Positions 61,124 through 64,000 of a stretch of DNA of 64,000 nt are shown here, one piece after another. The notes under the pieces are model-generated. The model saw nothing but the letters and a program-made list of their open reading frames with translations, did no database searches and had not been told where the DNA came from. The DNA is from Ilumatobacteraceae bacterium. GTDB lineage: Bacteria; Actinomycetota; Acidimicrobiia; Acidimicrobiales; Ilumatobacteraceae. The stretch's first letter is position 1. Each line of letters starts with the position of its first letter. Both the position numbers and the translations under genes were made by a program. Where the stretch lies: assembly GCA_963734555.1 (NCBI GenBank), contig CAVTHQ010000010.1, forward strand, positions 21,896 through 85,895, read 5' to 3'.

Positions 61124-61477
61124 CTACGCACACGCGACGCACGTCGCCGCCCACGGGATCGCCTCCAGACGCTCGGGTGCGATCTGGCGTCGGCACACCT
61201 CGCAAACCCCGTAGCTCCCCTCGGCGACTCGGACCAGCGCGGCGTCGACTGCTGCAAGTTGTTGAACGATCTGATCGTGAATCGCGACATCGGTGAATCG
61301 CTCGATGGCGATGCTCGTACCTTCGCCAACCCGCTTGCCGAACGAAATACCTCCGCTCGGCACGTTGGCCCCCGCTCGAAGCGAGGCCGCACGAGCCTCG
61401 AGATCGTCACGCAACGCCTCGAGGGCGGTGACGAGGTCGTTGCCGGCCGACCGGTCACGATCAGGCGCCACGTTCAC
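61124..61477 (-). CDS. DksA/TraR-family C4 zinc-finger protein
   Basis: The C-terminal CEVCRRQIAPERLEAIPWAATCVAC (CxxC-x17-CxxC) is preceded by a coiled-coil-like region. GTG 61477 lies 5 nt after the SPFH stop. Confidence 0.7.
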   Translation of the reverse strand: MNVAPDRDRSAGNDLVTALEALRDDLEARAASLRAGANVPSGGISFGKRVGEGTSIAIERFTDVAIHDQIVQQLAAVDAALVRVAEGSYGVCEVCRRQIAPERLEAIPWAATCVACA

Positions 61478-61481
61478 GCGG

Positions 61482-62427
61482 TTACGTCCCGGTGGCCTGA
61501 GGTACACCGTCGAGGACCGAGCGCAGCGCTTGTGCAGCACCCAGCAGCGCGGCGCTCTCGAACGGCACGACGATCTTGGTGTTGTCGCTGTCGGCGAACT
61601 TGGCGAGGGTGTCGAGCTGCAGGATCGCGATCAGGGAAGGATCGGGGTTAGCGGTGCGGATCGCGTTGTAGACGCTGGCGATCGCCTGCGCACGACCTTC
61701 GGCCTCGAGGATGAACGCCTGGCGGTTGCCCTCGGCGCGCAGGATGGCCGACTGGCGTTCGCCCTCGGCCGGCGCGGATCGCTGCCTTCGCCGCGCCGTC
61801 GGCGATGTTGATCGCCGACTGCTGGTTGCCCTCGGACTGCAGGATCTTCGCCCGCTTCTCCTGATCGGCCTGCTTCTGCAGCGCCAGCGCTTCGAGGATC
61901 TTCGGCGGTGGCGTGATCTCGACGATCTCGATGCGTGCGATGCGGATGCCCCACTTGTCGGTGACGGCTTCCATCTGCGATTGCACGTCGGTGTTGATCC
62001 GCTCGCGCTCGGACAGCGCCTCGTCGAGGGAGAGCGTGCCGATGACCGACCGCAGTGCGGTTCGAGCCAGCGCGTCGATGGCGATCCCGAAGTTGGCAAC
62101 GCTGAACAACGCCTGCTTGGCATCGACGATCTGGGTGAAGATCGTGGCGTTGACCGTGACGACCACGTTGTCGCGTGTGATCACCTCTTGGCGGTCGCCC
62201 GGCACGGGGATCTCGCGCATGTCGACGCGTTGCAGTCCGTCGATGAACGGCGCGACGATCACCAGACCGGGCTCGTGCGTCTTGCGGTACTCGCCGAGCC
62301 GCTTGACGACGCCGACCTCGCCTTGCTGCACGATGTTGACCATCTTGCGCAACGTGAAGAGCAGGATCACCAGAACGAAACCGGCGACGACAAGCGCGCC
62401 GATCGTGACGTTACCCAACGCGATCAT
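61482..62427 (-). pseudogene. SPFH/band-7 (stomatin-like) protein with one +1 frame break at about 61769
   Basis: N-terminal TM plus VQQGEVGVVKRLGEY...PGLVIVAPFID...ITRDNVVVTVNA...WGIRIARIEI. After ...AAKAAIRA the tail EGERQSAILRAEGNRQAFILEAEGRAQAI...IVVPFES continues in the next frame. Confidence 0.85.
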
Positions 62428-62927
62428 GTCAGCTCCCAATGCTCTTCAGCGGCTCGCACCGTCAAGGTTGTGCCGGCGACATTCGTGACGATCACGGCTG
62501 TCGACGGCGGAATCGAAGATCCGTCGGCGGTCACTGCCATCCACGTCTCGCCCAAGAGGCGGACGTGTCCGGTGTGGTCGAGGGCCACCTCGTCGATGGT
62601 CAGGCCCCTGGCGCCGATGAGGCCGCCATGTACACCTCGGATGGCCGTGCCGGGGCCTCGTCGTGCGAAGGCTTGGCTGACGTGTGGTCGCACCAGCACC
62701 AGGCCCGCGGTCGAGACTGCTACGGCGATCGCGACTTGCGGCACGATTGCCGAGGGAGCGACTGCGGCGGTGATCGCCGCTGCACCAGCTCCCGCCGCAC
62801 CGAACATCGCGAAGAAGGCCATGTGATGCAGCTCTACCCCGACGAGCAGGACACACAGCAAGATCCACACGACGGCCACGATCAGCCACCTCCGTTCGAA
62901 ACTATACGGTCGAGTGCGCCGCAACAC
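62424..62927 (-). CDS. NfeD-family membrane protein
   Basis: Hydrophobic N-terminal half, with a C-terminal OB-like part GARGLTIDEVALDHTGHVRLLGETWMAVT...VIVTNVAGTTLTV. The stop overlaps the SPFH start. GTG 62927 or TTG 62924. Confidence 0.7.
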   Translation of the reverse strand: MLRRTRPYSFERRWLIVAVVWILLCVLLVGVELHHMAFFAMFGAAGAGAAAITAAVAPSAIVPQVAIAVAVSTAGLVLVRPHVSQAFARRGPGTAIRGVHGGLIGARGLTIDEVALDHTGHVRLLGETWMAVTADGSSIPPSTAVIVTNVAGTTLTVRAAEEHWELT

Positions 62928-62953
62928 ACGGCGTGAACCATTACGACCGGAAG

Positions 62954-63628
62954 TCAGTCGCGGTCCTGCCAGGTGCACACACATGCCTCGTTTCCCTCGG
63001 GGTCGGCGAGAACCCAGAAGGCCCGTGCCCTCCGTGCGCTGACCAGATGACCGCCGGCGGCGATCGCAGCGGCCACACGCTGCTCGGCGACGTCGTGCGG
63101 CACGGTCACATCGATGTGGATGCGGTTGCGTTGCGGTCGCGGGACGTCCATCTGTTGAAACCAGAACGCCGGTCCGATGCTCAGCGGATCGACGAGAGCC
63201 ACCACTTGGCCGCCCGGGCTGCTGGGCGTCTCGTCGGCGTAGCCGAGCAGGGCCTTCCAGAACGGGCGCACGCCGTCGATGTCGATCGCGTCGATCGCCA
63301 CCTCCACGGCGGCGGCATGCCATGGCTCGCTCACCAAACCGTTGGCAGCAGCGAGTGCCGAGATGGTGCGGGCGAGCTCGACATCGGCGTCGGTCAGGCT
63401 GTTCGTGGCATGGGTCGTGAGGGTGACACGCACGTGACCCGGATAGCGAAGGTCGATGTCGGGGTGGTGCCTGGCGGCCTCGGCCGCGTTGGCAACCTGG
63501 CCGATGAACACCGAGGCCTGGTCGAAGGCGGGGGCGCGGAACCCGGCCTCGATGCGCCGCAGGATGACACGCCAGTCGGGGAGGTCGGTGTTCGCGTGGA
63601 ACTCTGTCGATGAAACCTTGGAGACCAT
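62954..63628 (-). CDS. Pterin-4a-carbinolamine dehydratase-like domain fused to a glyoxalase/VOC-like domain
   Basis: N-terminal part W....L.R.F.A..F..A..F...VA.AAE...HHPDIDLRY..V.V.L.TH (PCD pattern). The C-terminal part FWKALLGY...FWFQQMD...RIHIDV.VP...LADPEGNE is VOC-like. Confidence 0.6.
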   Translation of the reverse strand: MVSKVSSTEFHANTDLPDWRVILRRIEAGFRAPAFDQASVFIGQVANAAEAARHHPDIDLRYPGHVRVTLTTHATNSLTDADVELARTISALAAANGLVSEPWHAAAVEVAIDAIDIDGVRPFWKALLGYADETPSSPGGQVVALVDPLSIGPAFWFQQMDVPRPQRNRIHIDVTVPHDVAEQRVAAAIAAGGHLVSARRARAFWVLADPEGNEACVCTWQDRD

Positions 63629-63701
63629 CGGCTCAGCGTACGGCCAGGTGCCTTAGCTGGCGCGCCTCGGCGCGTACGGCGGAAGGGTCTCTGCGTTCGT
63701 A

Positions 63702-64000
63702 TCAACTGGCTCGACGGTTGGAACGCAACATGTCGCGCAGGCGCACCTGTGATCTCGGTCCGGCCTTGGTCGAGCCGAGGAAGTCGGTGAGCACGGCCAA
63801 GAACCGGCCGGGTGCTTCGACATGTGGGAAGTGACCGACACCGCCGAGGATCTCGAGTCGACTGCCGGCGATGGCCTCGTGGGCGACGGATGCGTGCCTG
63901 ACCGGGATGATGTCGTCGTGATCACCCCACACGATCAGCGTCGGCAGGTTTCCGGCGAGGTACAGGCGATCGAGGGCGCTGACGACCTGACCGCCCGGTT
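63702..64000 (-). CDS. Alpha/beta-hydrolase, C-terminal fragment (5-prime end outside the window)
   Basis: LIVWGDHDDIIPV...GHFPHVEAPGRF is the typical C-terminal Asp/His region of alpha/beta hydrolases. The stop is at 63702-63704. Confidence 0.7.
   Translation of the reverse strand, partial: PGGQVVSALDRLYLAGNLPTLIVWGDHDDIIPVRHASVAHEAIAGSRLEILGGVGHFPHVEAPGRFLAVLTDFLGSTKAGPRSQVRLRDMLRSNRRAS

Overview
GC-rich (roughly two-thirds G+C by eye, not computed) actinobacterial-type chromosomal segment. It is densely coding on both strands, with many 1-8 nt gene overlaps. I found no rRNA, tRNA, CRISPR array, transposase or integrase. Left 13 kb is core housekeeping: ahcY 3-prime end, comF-like, secA, prfB, ftsEX, menB, cofE, psuG, truncated haemoglobin. 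The middle is metabolic and accessory: modBC; hbd; a TetR gene with a GcvT-like gene and an FAD oxidoreductase; a 4-gene translationally coupled block ending in a DUF1537 acid-sugar kinase + PdxA pair; several MFS/ArsR units; a cluster of two Fe(II)/2OG dioxygenases plus a membrane di-iron hydroxylase; an LLM-kbl-tdh operon; a circularly permuted ATP-grasp / alpha-E / transglutaminase locus (39.7-45.5 kb); a molybdopterin oxidoreductase; and rbsK. The right third is a [NiFe]-hydrogenase maturation set (hypB ... hypD, hypC, hypF, hypE, hypA) with non-canonical members, interrupted by lipid-metabolism genes and lacking structural hydrogenase genes. It is followed by an NfeD-SPFH-DksA/TraR operon. 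The most notable observations are: (1) 23 reading-frame breaks in 13 genes, every one a +1 shift, concentrated at 20.3-23.4 kb and 41.3-47.3 kb, which means either insertion-type assembly errors or real decay. (2) The experimentally uncharacterised ATP-grasp/alpha-E/transglutaminase system is present in both split and fused form. (3) A roughly 45-nt hairpin repeat family sits in convergent intergenic gaps. (4) A four-segment, alternately oriented repeat structure lies upstream of hbd. (5) The hyp cluster has unusual content: a SIS-HypC fusion, a YceI gene and unannotated micro-ORFs. All functional calls rest on motif and family recognition from the translated ORFs; no database search was run.
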